A stretch of 64,000 nt of DNA from an uncultured Candidatus Rokubacteria bacterium (GTDB taxonomy: Bacteria > Methylomirabilota > Methylomirabilia > Rokubacteriales > CSP1-6), in contig CAVVEU010000040.1 of NCBI GenBank assembly GCA_963747235.1, forward strand, positions 192,001 to 256,000, given 5' to 3'. Below the pieces are notes generated by a model, which did not search any database, was not told where the DNA came from, and was given only the letters and a program-made list of their open reading frames with translations. The position numbers and the translations under genes are program-made. Shown here piece by piece: positions 53,781-64,000 of the stretch; within the stretch, counting starts at the first letter, position 1, and each line of letters opens with the position of its first letter.

Positions 53781-54224
53781 CTACACCTCCCCCACCCGGC
53801 CGAGCCCTCCGCGGACCAGCGCCACGTACGCCACCGCGTAGACGAGCACGCCCCACACGTACATCGCCCAGGTCACCGCCCAGATCGGCGAGCCCGCCGA
53901 CGTATCGCGTGAAGCCCTTCGTACGCGAAGATGCTCAGCGACACGCCCGCCGGGCCCCATCAGCAGCGCCGCGATGATCCGCGACGTGAGCCCTCGCGTG
54001 GTCGCCCACGGCGCCAGCAGCAATCCCGCCTGCGAGGCCAGCCCCATCACGCCGAAGATCGCCAGGCTGACCAGGTCGGTGCGCTCCGGCTCCACGCTGC
54101 GCCCGAAGCCGTACGCCGCGGCGGCGAAGGCGGTCGCGAGCGACAGCCCGGTGAGCCAGGTGGCCGCGAAGAAGACGACGAGCATGCCGGCGCGCTCAGC
54201 CAAGCCAGGGCGCTGCGACACCAT
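53781..54224 (-). CDS. Hypothetical membrane protein (frameshift ~53930)
   Basis: About 4 hydrophobic helices; TAATG overlap with the upstream lyase gene. Confidence 0.55.
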   Translation of the reverse strand: MVSQRPGLAERAGMLVVFFAATWLTGLSLATAFAAAAYGFGRSVEPERTDLVSLAIFGVMGLASQAGLLLAPWATTRGLTSRIIAALLMGPGGRVAEHLRVRRASRDTSAGSPIWAVTWAMYVWGVLVYAVAYVALVRGGLGRVGEV

Positions 54225-55087
54225 TACCGCCCCGCGAACTTCTCCTCGATGCCGTGCCACCAGTCGAAGCCCACGCGACGGAAGATGTCCATCGGGCCCA
54301 GCACCGGGCCGGGCTGCCAGTCGGTGCCGTGCTCCTTCAGGAACGCGAGCGACTTCTCCATCGCGGGCACCGCGGCGGCCATGCACACCGCCGGGAAGAT
54401 CACCATCTTGAAGCCGAGGCGCTCGAGCTCGGCGACCTTGATCGCGGGCGTCTTGCCGCCGATCACCATGTTGGCGAGTAGCGGCGCCTTGATCTCCCTG
54501 GCGACCCGGCGGATCTCGTCCTCGGTCTGCGGCGCCTCGAAGAAGATCAGGTCGGCGCCCGCCTGCGCGTAGCGGTTGCCGCGGTCGATCGCGTCCTCGA
54601 GCGAGGTCACCGCGCGGGCGTCGGTGCGCGCGATGATGACGAAGTCGGGATCGGTGCGGTACTCGGACGCGGCGCGGATCTTGTCGCAGAACTCCTCGGT
54701 CGGGATCACCTGCTTGCCCGCGATGTGCCCGCACTTCTTGGGCGCCACCTGGTCCTCGATGTGGAGCCCCGCCACCCCCGCCTTCTCGTACTCGCGCACG
54801 GTGCGCACCACGTTGAGCACGTTGCCGTACCCGGTGTCGGCGTCCGCGACCACCGGCAGCGAGACGCACGAGGCCAGATGCCCCGCGTGATTGGCCATCT
54901 CGGTGAGGGTGGCCAGACCCAGGTCGGGCTGGCCCAGGTGCGAGGCGGCGGTGCCCGCGCCGGTCATGTACACCGCCTGGAAGCCGGCCGCCTCGATCAG
55001 GCGCGCGGAGAAGCCGTCGTAGGCGCCCGGCGCGACGATGATCCCGGGGGCGTTGAGCAACTGGCGAAGACGCGTCGTGGCTCGCAT
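54224..55087 (-). CDS. Isocitrate lyase/PEP mutase superfamily lyase (PrpB/2,3-dimethylmalate lyase-like)
   Basis: PGAYDG.SARL, ADADTGYG, HIEDQ..PKKCGH, IARTDA, PLLANM. Confidence 0.9.
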   Translation of the reverse strand: MRATTRLRQLLNAPGIIVAPGAYDGFSARLIEAAGFQAVYMTGAGTAASHLGQPDLGLATLTEMANHAGHLASCVSLPVVADADTGYGNVLNVVRTVREYEKAGVAGLHIEDQVAPKKCGHIAGKQVIPTEEFCDKIRAASEYRTDPDFVIIARTDARAVTSLEDAIDRGNRYAQAGADLIFFEAPQTEDEIRRVAREIKAPLLANMVIGGKTPAIKVAELERLGFKMVIFPAVCMAAAVPAMEKSLAFLKEHGTDWQPGPVLGPMDIFRRVGFDWWHGIEEKFAGR

Positions 55088-55267
55088 ACGGAAAACCTTT
55101 CCCGGGCGTTCGGCCCGACGGGGACGGCGTGGCGATCGGAGGCTCGGCGGCGAGGCCGATTGTCGGCCAGGGGCCTCGCGCTTGTCAAATGCGGCCGGTT
55201 CCCCTTGCCACCGGGGCAACAATGGTCCATGCGACGTCACCAACGATCCCAAGCGAGGGCCCGGTCC

Positions 55268-56296
55268 ATGCGACGGTTGACGCTAGCCTTTGTTCCGATG
55301 CTGATCCTCGTCCTCTCGCCGGTCGGCCCGGCCCGGGGCGACGAGGTGCTCTTCCTCAATGGCGACCGGCTGTCCGGCAAGATCCTCAAGGCGGCCGGCG
55401 GCAAGCTCACGATCAAGACCGAGGGCGCGGGCGACGTCTCGGTGGACATGTCGAAGGTGAAGACCTTCTCCACCGACGCGCCGGTCGCGGTCGGCGTCAA
55501 GGCGCAGCCGCCGGTGAGCGCGGACGTGGGCGCGGGGCCCGATCGCTACGTGCGGACCGCGCCCGCGCCCGGGGCGCCGCCGCAACCGGTGGCCATCGCC
55601 GACATCAGCGCGATCAATCCCACCCCGCCGGCGTGGACGGGATCGTTCTCCCTGAACGGGCTGCTCACCACCGGAAACTCGGAGACCGAGCAGCTCGGCT
55701 TCCGCGGCGCGCTGTCCAAGCGCTGGCCGCACGATCGCCTCACCTTCGGGGCCGAGTATTCCTACGGCCGGCAGGAGGACCCGAGCACCGGCGAGAAGTC
55801 CACCACGATCGACTACGCCATGGCGCTGGCGAAGTACGATCACTTCTTCACCAAGAAGTTCTACGGGTACCTCGGCACGAAGGCGGAGCGTGACAAGGTG
55901 GCGGAGCTGGAGCTGCGCCTGGCCCCGGGCGCCGGCGTCGGCTACCAGTGGTTCGAGGGCCCCGCCTTCAATCTCTCCAACGAGGCCGGCCTGGTATGGG
56001 TCTACGAGAACTACAAGCGGACCGGGTCGAGCGAGTTCTTCGGACCACGCCTGGCCTACTCGGTGGACTGGACCCCGATCCAGCCCCTCATGCTCTACCA
56101 CAAGCTCGAGTACATGCCGAGCTTCGAGGACCTGGGCGGCGACTACCTGCTCAACATCGACGCGGGGGCGCGCTTGATGGTGTGGAGGGGATTCTTCGCC
56201 GAGCTGCGCTACGAGTTCCGCTACGACTCGACACCGGCCTCCGGCCGCCAGCGGACGGACCAGCGCTACATCCTGGGCGCGGGCTGGAACTTCTGA
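55268..56296 (+). CDS. DUF481 (YdiY-like) outer-membrane beta-barrel
   Basis: Signal peptide; D...LNGDRLSG; GNSET; C-terminal GAGWNF. Confidence 0.8.
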   Translation: MRRLTLAFVPMLILVLSPVGPARGDEVLFLNGDRLSGKILKAAGGKLTIKTEGAGDVSVDMSKVKTFSTDAPVAVGVKAQPPVSADVGAGPDRYVRTAPAPGAPPQPVAIADISAINPTPPAWTGSFSLNGLLTTGNSETEQLGFRGALSKRWPHDRLTFGAEYSYGRQEDPSTGEKSTTIDYAMALAKYDHFFTKKFYGYLGTKAERDKVAELELRLAPGAGVGYQWFEGPAFNLSNEAGLVWVYENYKRTGSSEFFGPRLAYSVDWTPIQPLMLYHKLEYMPSFEDLGGDYLLNIDAGARLMVWRGFFAELRYEFRYDSTPASGRQRTDQRYILGAGWNF

Positions 56297-56305
56297 CCGC
56301 GGCGG

Positions 56306-57206
56306 CTACTCGGGCAATCCTTCGACCGCGTACATCCCGAGGGTGAGCGGGCTCGGGGCGCCCCACTGGCCGAACCACCGGCGGTAGATGTCGAGCACCT
56401 GGCCGGTGCGGTAGAGCCGAGCCAGCGTCCGGTTGACCGCGAGGCGGAACTCGGGATCCCCGCGCCTCAGCATGAGCGCGTACGGCTCGTACGAGAGATA
56501 GCGGTCGAGCAGCGCGAACTGCCGCGGGTTGCTCGCGCTCGTCACCAGGCCCATCAGGATCGCGCGGTCGGTGGCGTACACCTCGGCGCGCCGGTCCACC
56601 ACCGCGGCCAGCCCGTCGGCGTGATCCTGCACCGGGACCAGCTTCGCGTCGGCGGCGGTGGCGCCCATGCTCGCGATCGCGTTCTTGACCATCTGCTCGG
56701 TGGTGGTGCCCGGGATCACCGCGATCCGGATCGCGCCGAGCTGGTCGCCCACGTTCGTTCCGGCGAGGGCGAGCAGGCTCGCCCCGGTGATGAAGGTGGT
56801 CAGGCTGAAGTCCACCCGCTCCTGGCGCGACAGGGTATTGGTCGTGGACCCGCACTCGAGATCGATCGTGCCGTCCACGAGGGCCCGCACGCGCGTCTCG
56901 ACGCTCACCGGCACCCAGCGGGCCTGGAGGTCCGGCAGCTTGAGCTCGCTCCGCAGATCCTCGACCACGCGCGTGCAGAGGTCCACCGAGTAGCCCATCG
57001 GGCTCCTTGGTGGGACCGACGTACGAGAAGGGAACCGACGAGTCGCGATAGCCGAGCGCGATCGTCTTCGTCGCCCGGATCTTCTCGAGCGTCCCCTCGA
57101 GGGGACCCGGCGGAGCAGCACTCGGCCTCGTGGACGCGCAACCGGCCGTCGCCACCACCCCGCCCAGCGCGAGCGCCACCAGGAGTCTTCTCACGGGGGC
57201 GAGCAT
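56306..57206 (-). CDS. Amino-acid ABC substrate-binding lipoprotein (GltI-like; frameshift ~57000)
   Basis: TAG|C lipobox; LGYRDSSVPFSY, GYSVDLC, IDLECGSTT, EPYALML. Confidence 0.88.
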
Positions 57207-57285
57207 CGACCCGAACCCGCGTCGCCGTCAAGCGGCTCCTTGTTGTACAATCCGCACGGGCCGTTACCCGGATCGGAGCCGAGCC

Positions 57286-58188
57286 ATGCCGTTTGCCGAC
57301 GTCGGCGGAGTCAAGCTGTTCTACGAGGAGACGGGACAGGGCGCGCCCCTGATCTTCGTCCACGAGTTCGCGGGCGACTACCAGAGCTGGCACCTCCAGG
57401 TGCGGTTCTTCGCCCGGCGCTATCGCACCATCGCCTACAACGCGCGCGGCTATCCGCCCTCGGACGTGCCGGACAAGCCGGAGGCGTACTCCCAGGACCG
57501 CGCCGCCGATGACATTTTGGGAATCCTGGATCACCTGAAGATCCCGAAGGCCCACATCTGCGGGCTGTCGATGGGCGGCTACGCGGTGCTCCACTTCGGC
57601 CTCCGACATCCGGGGCGCGCGCTCTCGCTGACGGTGGCGGGCGCGGGCTACGGCAGCGTGCCGGGCGAGCGCGAGCGGTTCCGGAAGGACGTGGACGAGA
57701 CCGCGCGGCGCTTCGACACCGAGGGCATGGTGGGCGTGGCGTCTTTCTACACCAAGGGCCCCACCCGCGTGCAGTTCATGGACAAGGACCCGAAGGGCTG
57801 GCAGGAGTTCTACGACCAGTTCGTCGCGCAGTCCGCGAAGGGCCACGCGCTCACCATGCGCGGGGTGCAGATGTCGCGGCCGTCCATCTTCGAGCTGGAG
57901 GCCGCGATGGAGAAGCTCGAGGTGCCGACCCTGATCGTGACCGGCGACGAGGACGATCCCTGCCTCGAGCCCGGCATCTTCATGAAGCGCAAGATCCGCT
58001 CGTCGGGCCTCGTGGTCATGCCGAAGGCCGGGCATACGATCAATCTCGAGGATCCGGAGGTCTTCAACCGGGCGCTGCTCGATTTCCTCACCGCGGTGGA
58101 CGCCGGCCGCTGGCCGCTCCGGAACCCGCAATCGCAGACCGGCTCGGCGATCATGCCGGCCCAGCCGAAGCCAGGAGGATCGCGATGA
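57286..58188 (+). CDS. Alpha/beta hydrolase
   Basis: [20 protein letters not shown] nucleophile elbow, GDEDD, GHTINLE. Confidence 0.9.
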   Translation: MPFADVGGVKLFYEETGQGAPLIFVHEFAGDYQSWHLQVRFFARRYRTIAYNARGYPPSDVPDKPEAYSQDRAADDILGILDHLKIPKAHICGLSMGGYAVLHFGLRHPGRALSLTVAGAGYGSVPGERERFRKDVDETARRFDTEGMVGVASFYTKGPTRVQFMDKDPKGWQEFYDQFVAQSAKGHALTMRGVQMSRPSIFELEAAMEKLEVPTLIVTGDEDDPCLEPGIFMKRKIRSSGLVVMPKAGHTINLEDPEVFNRALLDFLTAVDAGRWPLRNPQSQTGSAIMPAQPKPGGSR

Positions 58189-59351
58189 CGCTGCCGCTGT
58201 CGCCGTACACGGTGATCGATCTGACCCGGGCCCGCTCGGGCCCGACCTGCGTTCGCCAGCTCGCGGACATGGGCGCGAGCGTGGTCCAGATCTCCGCGCG
58301 CGAGGACGTGGAGGGCGATTTTCCCCGCCGCGGCTTCGACTCGCAGAACCTTCACCGCAACAAGCGCTCGCTCACGCTGGATCTGAAAGCGCCGCGCGGC
58401 ATCGAGATCATCCACAAGCTCGTCGAGAAGGCCGACGTGGTGGTCGAGAACTTCCGGCCCGACGTGAAGACGCGCCTCGGCATCGACTACGAGACGCTCT
58501 CCCGCATCAACCCGCGCCTCGTCTACGGCAGCATCTCCGGCTTCGGCCAGGACGGGCCCTATCGCGACCGGCCGGGCTACGACCAGATCGCCCAGGGCAT
58601 GGGCGGGCTCATGTCCATCACCGGCCTGCCCGGCCAGGGTCCGGTGCGCGTGGGCATCCCGGTGGCCGATCTGACCGCGGGCATCTTCCTGGCCCAGGGC
58701 ATCCTGGTGGCGCTGCTCGAGCGCGAGCGCTCGGGCCGCGGCCAGTGGGTGCACACCTCGCTGCTGCAGGCGATGGTGACCATGCTCGATTTCCAGGCCT
58801 CGCGCTGGCTCATCGGCAAGGAGATCCCGCCGCAGGCCGGCAACGACCACCCCACCGCGATCCCCACCGGGGTCTTCAAGACCAAGGACGGCCATCTCAA
58901 CATCGCGGCCTCCGGCCAGCACATGTTCCGCCGGCTCTGCGAGACGCTCGGCACCGAGCCCCTCCTGGAGGATCCGCGCTTCCGCAGCGCGCCGGACCGC
59001 TCCAAGAACCGCAAGGCGCTCGCGGTCGAGCTCGAGAAGGCGTTCGGCACCCGCACCACCCAGGAGTGGGTCGAGCTGCTCAACACCAAGGGCGTGCCGT
59101 CCGGCCCCATCCTGGACGTCAAGCAGGTCTACGAGAACGAGCAGATCCGGCATCTCAAGATGGCGGTGCCGGTGAAGCACCCGGCGCTCGGCGAGCTTTT
59201 CGTGCAGGCCCCGCCGGTCACGCTCTCGCGCACCCCGGGCGGCGTCCGCATGCCCGCCCCCGACACCGGCGAGCACAACGACGAGATCCTGGCCGAGCTG
59301 GGCTACTCCCCGGCCGACATCACGTCCCTTCGCAACGACAAGGTCATCTGA
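58185..59351 (+). CDS. CaiB/BaiF family III CoA-transferase
   Basis: [34 protein letters not shown]. Confidence 0.92.
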   Translation: MTLPLSPYTVIDLTRARSGPTCVRQLADMGASVVQISAREDVEGDFPRRGFDSQNLHRNKRSLTLDLKAPRGIEIIHKLVEKADVVVENFRPDVKTRLGIDYETLSRINPRLVYGSISGFGQDGPYRDRPGYDQIAQGMGGLMSITGLPGQGPVRVGIPVADLTAGIFLAQGILVALLERERSGRGQWVHTSLLQAMVTMLDFQASRWLIGKEIPPQAGNDHPTAIPTGVFKTKDGHLNIAASGQHMFRRLCETLGTEPLLEDPRFRSAPDRSKNRKALAVELEKAFGTRTTQEWVELLNTKGVPSGPILDVKQVYENEQIRHLKMAVPVKHPALGELFVQAPPVTLSRTPGGVRMPAPDTGEHNDEILAELGYSPADITSLRNDKVI

Positions 59352-59363
59352 CAGGAGATCGAC

Positions 59364-60155
59364 GTGAGAGAGAACGCGCTGAAGAAGATCTGGGCCCGCG
59401 GCGAGGCGGTCGTCAACGGGTGGCTGTCCATCCCGAGCGGCTTCTCGGCCGAGGTGATGGCCCACCAGGGCTTCGACTCGCTGACCATCGACATGCAGCA
59501 CGGGGTCGTCGACTACCAGGTGGCGGTCAACATGCTGCAGGGCATTTCCACCCTGGGCGTGGTGCCCCTCGCCCGCGTGCCGTGGAACGATCCGGCCCGC
59601 CTCATGAAGATCCTCGACGCGGGCGCCTACGGCGTCATCTGCCCGATGATCAACACCGCGCAGGAGGCGGAGGCGATGGTGCGCGCGTGCAAGTACCCGC
59701 CGCGCGGCTTCCGGAGCTGGGGGCCGGTGCGCGCCTCCCTCTACGCCGGCGGGGACTACGGCGACCACGCCAACGTCGAGACCATCGTGATGCCGATGAT
59801 CGAGACCGCGGAGGCGCTCAAGAACCTCGACGAGATCCTGAGCGTGGACGGCGTGGACGCCATCTACGTGGGCCCCTCCGACCTGAGCCTGGCCATGGGC
59901 CTCAAGCCCCGCCTCGACCAGACCGATCCGCCGGTGGTGGACGCCCAGAAGAAGATCGTGGCGGCCTGCAAGCGGCACAACGTCGTCGCGGGCATCCACA
60001 ACGCCACCGCGACCTACTCGCTCAAGATGATCGCGGAGGGCTACCAGTTCGTGACCATCGCCAGCGACAGCCGCTTCATGGCCGCCAAGGCCGCCGAGGA
60101 AGTGGGCATCGTGCGGAAGACCGGCACCAAGACCGGAAAGCTGCCGGCCTACTAG
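59364..60155 (+). CDS. HpcH/HpaI-family aldolase
   Basis: [38 protein letters not shown]. Confidence 0.92.
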   Translation: MRENALKKIWARGEAVVNGWLSIPSGFSAEVMAHQGFDSLTIDMQHGVVDYQVAVNMLQGISTLGVVPLARVPWNDPARLMKILDAGAYGVICPMINTAQEAEAMVRACKYPPRGFRSWGPVRASLYAGGDYGDHANVETIVMPMIETAEALKNLDEILSVDGVDAIYVGPSDLSLAMGLKPRLDQTDPPVVDAQKKIVAACKRHNVVAGIHNATATYSLKMIAEGYQFVTIASDSRFMAAKAAEEVGIVRKTGTKTGKLPAY

Positions 60156-60778
60156 TGCCGGCGCGGCTGGACGGCGCGCTGGTCGACCGGGCGCGCGCCA
60201 ACCTGGCGTCCTTCGAGCGGCAGGCCCTGCCCGACGACGGGCGCCGCCGGGCCGCGGTGGCCCAGGTGCTGTTGCCCGACGCGGACGGCCGCCCGTGCTT
60301 TCTCATCACGCGGCGGGCGGTGACGCTTCGTAAGCACGGTGGTCAATGGGCGTTGCCCGGCGGCCGCATCGACGCGGGCGAGACCGCGGAGGGGGCCGCG
60401 CTGCGCGAGCTGCAGGAGGAGGTCGGCCTGACGCTCGACGAGAGCACCGTGCTGGGCGTGCTCGACGACTACGGCACCCGGTCGGGCTTCATCATCACTC
60501 CGGTGGTGGTGTGGGCCGAGCCCGACCACGAGCTCGTGCCGAACCCGGCGGAGGTGGCCGGGATCTTCCACGTGCCGCTCGACGATCTGGAGGGGCCGGA
60601 CGTGCCGCGGCTCATCAACATCCCGGAGAGCGACCGGCCGGTGATCCAGCTTCCCCTGCTCGGCACCCTGATCCACGCGCCGACCGCGGCCGTGCTCTAC
60701 CAGATGCGCGAGGTGGTCGTGCACGGACGGCCGACGCGCGTGAACCATTTCGAACAGCCCGTCTGGGCCTGGCGCTGA
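60155..60778 (+). CDS. Nudix CoA pyrophosphatase-like hydrolase
   Basis: [13 protein letters not shown]; [17 protein letters not shown] Nudix box; NPAEV. Confidence 0.88.
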   Translation: MPARLDGALVDRARANLASFERQALPDDGRRRAAVAQVLLPDADGRPCFLITRRAVTLRKHGGQWALPGGRIDAGETAEGAALRELQEEVGLTLDESTVLGVLDDYGTRSGFIITPVVVWAEPDHELVPNPAEVAGIFHVPLDDLEGPDVPRLINIPESDRPVIQLPLLGTLIHAPTAAVLYQMREVVVHGRPTRVNHFEQPVWAWR

Positions 60779-60807
60779 AGCCGGGCCCGCGGACCGGAGG
60801 ACACACG

Positions 60808-61596
60808 ATGGGAGCGCTCGACGGACAGGTCGCGATCATGACGGGAGGCGGTACCGGCATCGGCCGCGCGGCGGCGCTGATGCTGGCGGCCGAGGGCGCG
60901 CAGGTGGTGGTGGCGGGCCGGCGCAAGGCGCCCATCGAGGCGGTGGCGGCCGAGATCGCCAAGGCGGGCGGCCGCGCGGTGGCGCGCGCCTGCGACGTGG
61001 CGAAGCCGGCGGAGGCCCGCGCGCTCGCCGAGTGGACGGTGGCCCAGTACGGCCGCGTTGACGTGCTCGTCAACAACGCGGGCCACTCCAGCAAGCGCCG
61101 CAACGTGCGATGGGTCGAGCAGGACGACTGGGACGCGGTGGTCGCGGTGAACCTGACCGGCGTCTACGCCCTTACCCAGGCGGTGCTGCCGAGCATGATC
61201 GAGCGAGGCGGGGGGACCATCGTGACGGTGAGCTCGCTCGCCGCGCTCAAGCCCGGCCTGATCGGCGGGGCGCCCTACGGCGCGGCCAAGGCGGGGGTGC
61301 GCAACCTCATGGGCCACGTCCACACCGTGCTGCGGGAGAAGGGCATCCGCGCGACCACCATCATGCCCGCCGAGGTGGACACCCCGATCCTCGACAACCG
61401 TCCCCTGCCCCCGGACGCGAAGGCGCGCGCCACCATGATGCACGCCGAGGACGTGGCCCAGGCCATCATGCTCTGCGTGACGCTGCCCGCGCGCACCGTG
61501 ATCGAGGAGATGGTGATGAGCCCGACGATCCTGCGAGACCAGAGCGCCGATCTCAAGACCGCGCGCGACCTGGGGGCCACCCCCGGATCGAAATAG
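60808..61596 (+). CDS. SDR oxidoreductase
   Basis: TGGGTGIG, VNNAG, YGAAK. Confidence 0.92.
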   Translation: MGALDGQVAIMTGGGTGIGRAAALMLAAEGAQVVVAGRRKAPIEAVAAEIAKAGGRAVARACDVAKPAEARALAEWTVAQYGRVDVLVNNAGHSSKRRNVRWVEQDDWDAVVAVNLTGVYALTQAVLPSMIERGGGTIVTVSSLAALKPGLIGGAPYGAAKAGVRNLMGHVHTVLREKGIRATTIMPAEVDTPILDNRPLPPDAKARATMMHAEDVAQAIMLCVTLPARTVIEEMVMSPTILRDQSADLKTARDLGATPGSK

Positions 61597-61620
61597 GCCG
61601 CCCCGGATCGGCCGCGCGGC

Positions 61621-62110
61621 TCAGCCTCCGGCCGAGCCTCCGCTCGATCCGATCGACGCCTGCTGCACGTGGTTGCGGAAGCCGATCGGGTCACGCACCC
61701 GCCGGAAGACCTCGCGGGCGCCCCCGGTCCCGGTGACGGTGAGATCGCCGTAGTTGAGCATGCGGCCCACCAGCCCCTGCTGCACGCCGATGGACTCCAC
61801 CTTCGAGAGCAGCAGCTCGGTGGTGTAGCGTGAGACCAGCCCCACCTTGAAGATGAGCCGCGAGGTGGTGACCGCGAACTCGGAGGTCATCACCTCGACG
61901 TAGTGGACGAGGCCCCAGAACAAGCCCGATCAGCGCGACGGCCGCGCCGATCATCCAGAGCCAGGGAGGATCCTGAACCTGGCGCAGCACGATCGCCAGG
62001 ATCACCCCAGCCAGTGCCAGCAGCCCCGGCTTGACGAACAGCACCCAGTGCAGCCGCGTCTTGTACAGCACACGCTCACCCGGCAGCAGGTGCCGCTCCA
62101 CGTACCCCAC
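61621..62110 (-). CDS. Bacterial PH-domain (bPH_2) membrane protein (frameshift ~61925)
   Basis: YVERHLLPGERV, EFAVT..RLI.K.G, VESIGVQQG..GRMLNYG. Confidence 0.8.
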
Positions 62111-62123
62111 GGGTGCGCCTAGC

Positions 62124-62654
62124 TCACGTCGGGCGGCGGCCGTAGAGGTCGCGGTAGTCGCGGTGCCAGAGCGCGACGTAGTCGGTGGCGTTGCGCAGGA
62201 TGTCGTCCAGCTCCTCCGGGCTCATCTTGCGCACCGGCTTGGCCGGCACCCCCATGACGAGCCAGCCCGCCGGCACCACCTTGCCCGGCGGCACCAGCGC
62301 GCCCGCGCCCACCTGCGCGCCCTCCTCGACCACCGCCCCGTCCAGCACCACCGCGCCGATGCCGATCCGCGAGTTGTTCATCACGACGCAGGCGTGGACC
62401 ACCGCGCGGTGGCCGATCGTCACGTTGTCGCCCACGATGCACGGGAACTGCGGCGTCACGTGGAGCACCGAGTTGTCCTGCACGTTGGAGTTGCGGCCGA
62501 GCTTGACGTAGTTGTCCTGATCCCCGCGCAGCACCGTGCCGGGCCACACGCTGGCCCCCGCCTCGATGGTCACGTCGCCGATCACCTGGGCCGCCGGATC
62601 CACGTAGGCCTCCGGGTGCACCCGCGGTGTGCGGCCGGGCACCTCGCGGATCAT
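62124..62654 (-). CDS. Gamma carbonic anhydrase family protein (YrdA/CaiE-like)
   Basis: VIGDV, LRGD, NVQDNSVLH, TIGHRAVVHAC hexapeptide repeats. Confidence 0.92.
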   Translation of the reverse strand: MIREVPGRTPRVHPEAYVDPAAQVIGDVTIEAGASVWPGTVLRGDQDNYVKLGRNSNVQDNSVLHVTPQFPCIVGDNVTIGHRAVVHACVVMNNSRIGIGAVVLDGAVVEEGAQVGAGALVPPGKVVPAGWLVMGVPAKPVRKMSPEELDDILRNATDYVALWHRDYRDLYGRRPT

Positions 62655-62664
62655 CGGGGACGAC

Positions 62665-63447
62665 TCACTTGCCGCTCCACCGGGGCTTGCGCTTGTCGAG
62701 GAAGGCGCGCACCCCCTCGCGGAAGTCGGCGCTCATGTAGGTGGTCGCGATCAGGTCCTCGTCGTCCGGCAGGGTCCGGCTCGCCGCGAGGCGCCGGATC
62801 GACTCCTTGGTCACCCAGAGCGTGATCGGCGCGTGCTCGGCGATCTGGTGGGCCAGCGCGGTCACCCGCGCCGCGATCTGCTCCGCGGGCACGATCTCGT
62901 GCACGTAGCCCGCCCGGTTTGCCTCCTCGGCGGTGAGCAGGCGCGCGGTGAAGATCAGCTCCTTGAGCCGCGAGGGGCCGAACACGTCCAGGAAGCTCGC
63001 GTAGGCGGCCATCGAGAGGCAGTTGCCGAGCGTGCGCGCGATCGGGGCGCCGAAGCGCGCGTCCGGGGTGGCGATGCGCAGGTCGCAGGCGGTGGCGATG
63101 CGAAAGCCGCCGCCCACCGCGAAGCCCTCGATCTGGGCGATGACCGGCTTGCGCACGGATTCGAGCCGCGCCATGCGCTTGTCCCCGTCGCGCTCGTAGG
63201 CGATGCCGTCCTCGGCGCGGTCGAAGACCTTGAACTGGCTGATGTCCGTCCCCGCCACGAAGGCCTTGCCGCCCGCGCCGCGCAGCACGAGCACCCGCAC
63301 CGAGTCGTCGGCGTCCACTTCCTCGCAGACTTCGTAGAGGCGATCGTACATGCCCCAGGTCATGGCATTGCGCGCCTCGGGGCGGTTGAAGGTCAGGGTG
63401 ACCACCGGCCCCTCGCGGGTCAGCAGTGTCTCGTCCGGTGTCGGCAC
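62665..63447 (-). CDS. Enoyl-CoA hydratase/isomerase family protein
   Basis: FNRPEARNA, AFVAGTDI, GFAVGGG, ACDLRIA, DFREGVRAF. Confidence 0.9.
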   Translation of the reverse strand: MPTPDETLLTREGPVVTLTFNRPEARNAMTWGMYDRLYEVCEEVDADDSVRVLVLRGAGGKAFVAGTDISQFKVFDRAEDGIAYERDGDKRMARLESVRKPVIAQIEGFAVGGGFRIATACDLRIATPDARFGAPIARTLGNCLSMAAYASFLDVFGPSRLKELIFTARLLTAEEANRAGYVHEIVPAEQIAARVTALAHQIAEHAPITLWVTKESIRRLAASRTLPDDEDLIATTYMSADFREGVRAFLDKRKPRWSGK

Positions 63448-63542
63448 GGCGCGCGCCTCCCTCTCTTCTCGTGATGAATCGCCGCATCGTAACATGCCCG
63501 CTCCGCTTTGTCGGAGCGCCCGGGTCGCGTAGCATCGAGCGC

Positions 63543-64000
63543 ATGGCGCGCCCCGCCGGCCTCATCCTCGACTACGGCAACGTGCTCACCCACGCACAGG
63601 ATCAGGCGTGGATGGACACGGCCGCGCGCCGGCTCGGCGCCGACGTCGCCGCCTTCCGGGCCGCCTACTGGCAGCATCGGCCCGCCTACGATGCCGATCT
63701 CACCGCCGCGGCGTACTGGGGCCGCGTCCTCGCCGCGTCGCGCCCGGGCGCCGGCGCCCTGGACACGGAGGATCTCGCGTGGCTGATCGAGGCCGACATC
63801 GCGTCGTGGAGCGTCTACCACGACGAGGTCTGGGCGCTCGCCGCGGAGTTTCGCCGGACCGGCGGCCGCACCGCCTTCCTGTCGAATAGTGGCCCCGAGA
63901 TCATGGCGCGGGTGCGCGCGCGCTGGCCGCTCGAGACGTGGTTCGACGCGGTCATCATCTCGTGCGAGGTGGGGCTTTCGAAGCCGGATCCGCGCATCTA
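63543..64000 (+). CDS. HAD-family phosphatase (3' end outside the window)
   Basis: LILDYGNVL, FLSN, SCEVGLSKPDPRI. Confidence 0.8.
   Translation, partial: MARPAGLILDYGNVLTHAQDQAWMDTAARRLGADVAAFRAAYWQHRPAYDADLTAAAYWGRVLAASRPGAGALDTEDLAWLIEADIASWSVYHDEVWALAAEFRRTGGRTAFLSNSGPEIMARVRARWPLETWFDAVIISCEVGLSKPDPRI

Noticed and set aside
54224-55087. PEP mutase implying phosphonate biosynthesis near the phn genes
   Set aside because: The active-site loop is KKCGH (lyase branch), not the PEP mutase KxNS signature.

Overview
Very GC-rich (roughly 70-75% by eye), gene-dense bacterial window. Gene content and style suggest a soil diderm such as Ca. Rokuibacteriota/Methylomirabilota (inference only). Many genes are split by single-base indels that look like long-read assembly errors, so features are given as reconstructed genes with approximate frameshift positions. 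Left to right: ccmH/ccmI; a lytic transglycosylase; a sigma54-preceded type II secretion operon (gspE-F-G-H-I-J-K-L-M-C-D); ligA; small enzymes, an MFS and an alkyl-sulfatase-like hydrolase; cimA with a two-subunit Fe-S hydro-lyase; a thiolase-like/DUF35/CoA-transferase/MaoC cluster behind a sigma54-preceded stand-alone Fis HTH; ferredoxin; a Dpp/Opp ABC transporter; a phnA / GcvT-family flavoprotein / phnW phosphonate module; an MshA-like glycosyltransferase, GNAT, FmdB, DUF72 and MMPL; an ArsN1-like GNAT with a LysR; an imuA-imuB-dnaE2 cassette whose DnaE2 carries a 141-aa mini-intein; and several catabolic genes. Top leads: the DnaE2 intein, a putative folate-dependent N-methyl-aminoethylphosphonate demethylase inside the phn cluster, a Cys-less thiolase/DUF35 retro-aldolase-like module, the cimA-hydro-lyase pairing, the orphan sigma54/Fis HTH unit, and a BoxC/REP-like palindrome family that invades coding sequences. 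No rRNA, tRNA, CRISPR array, transposase or prophage was seen.
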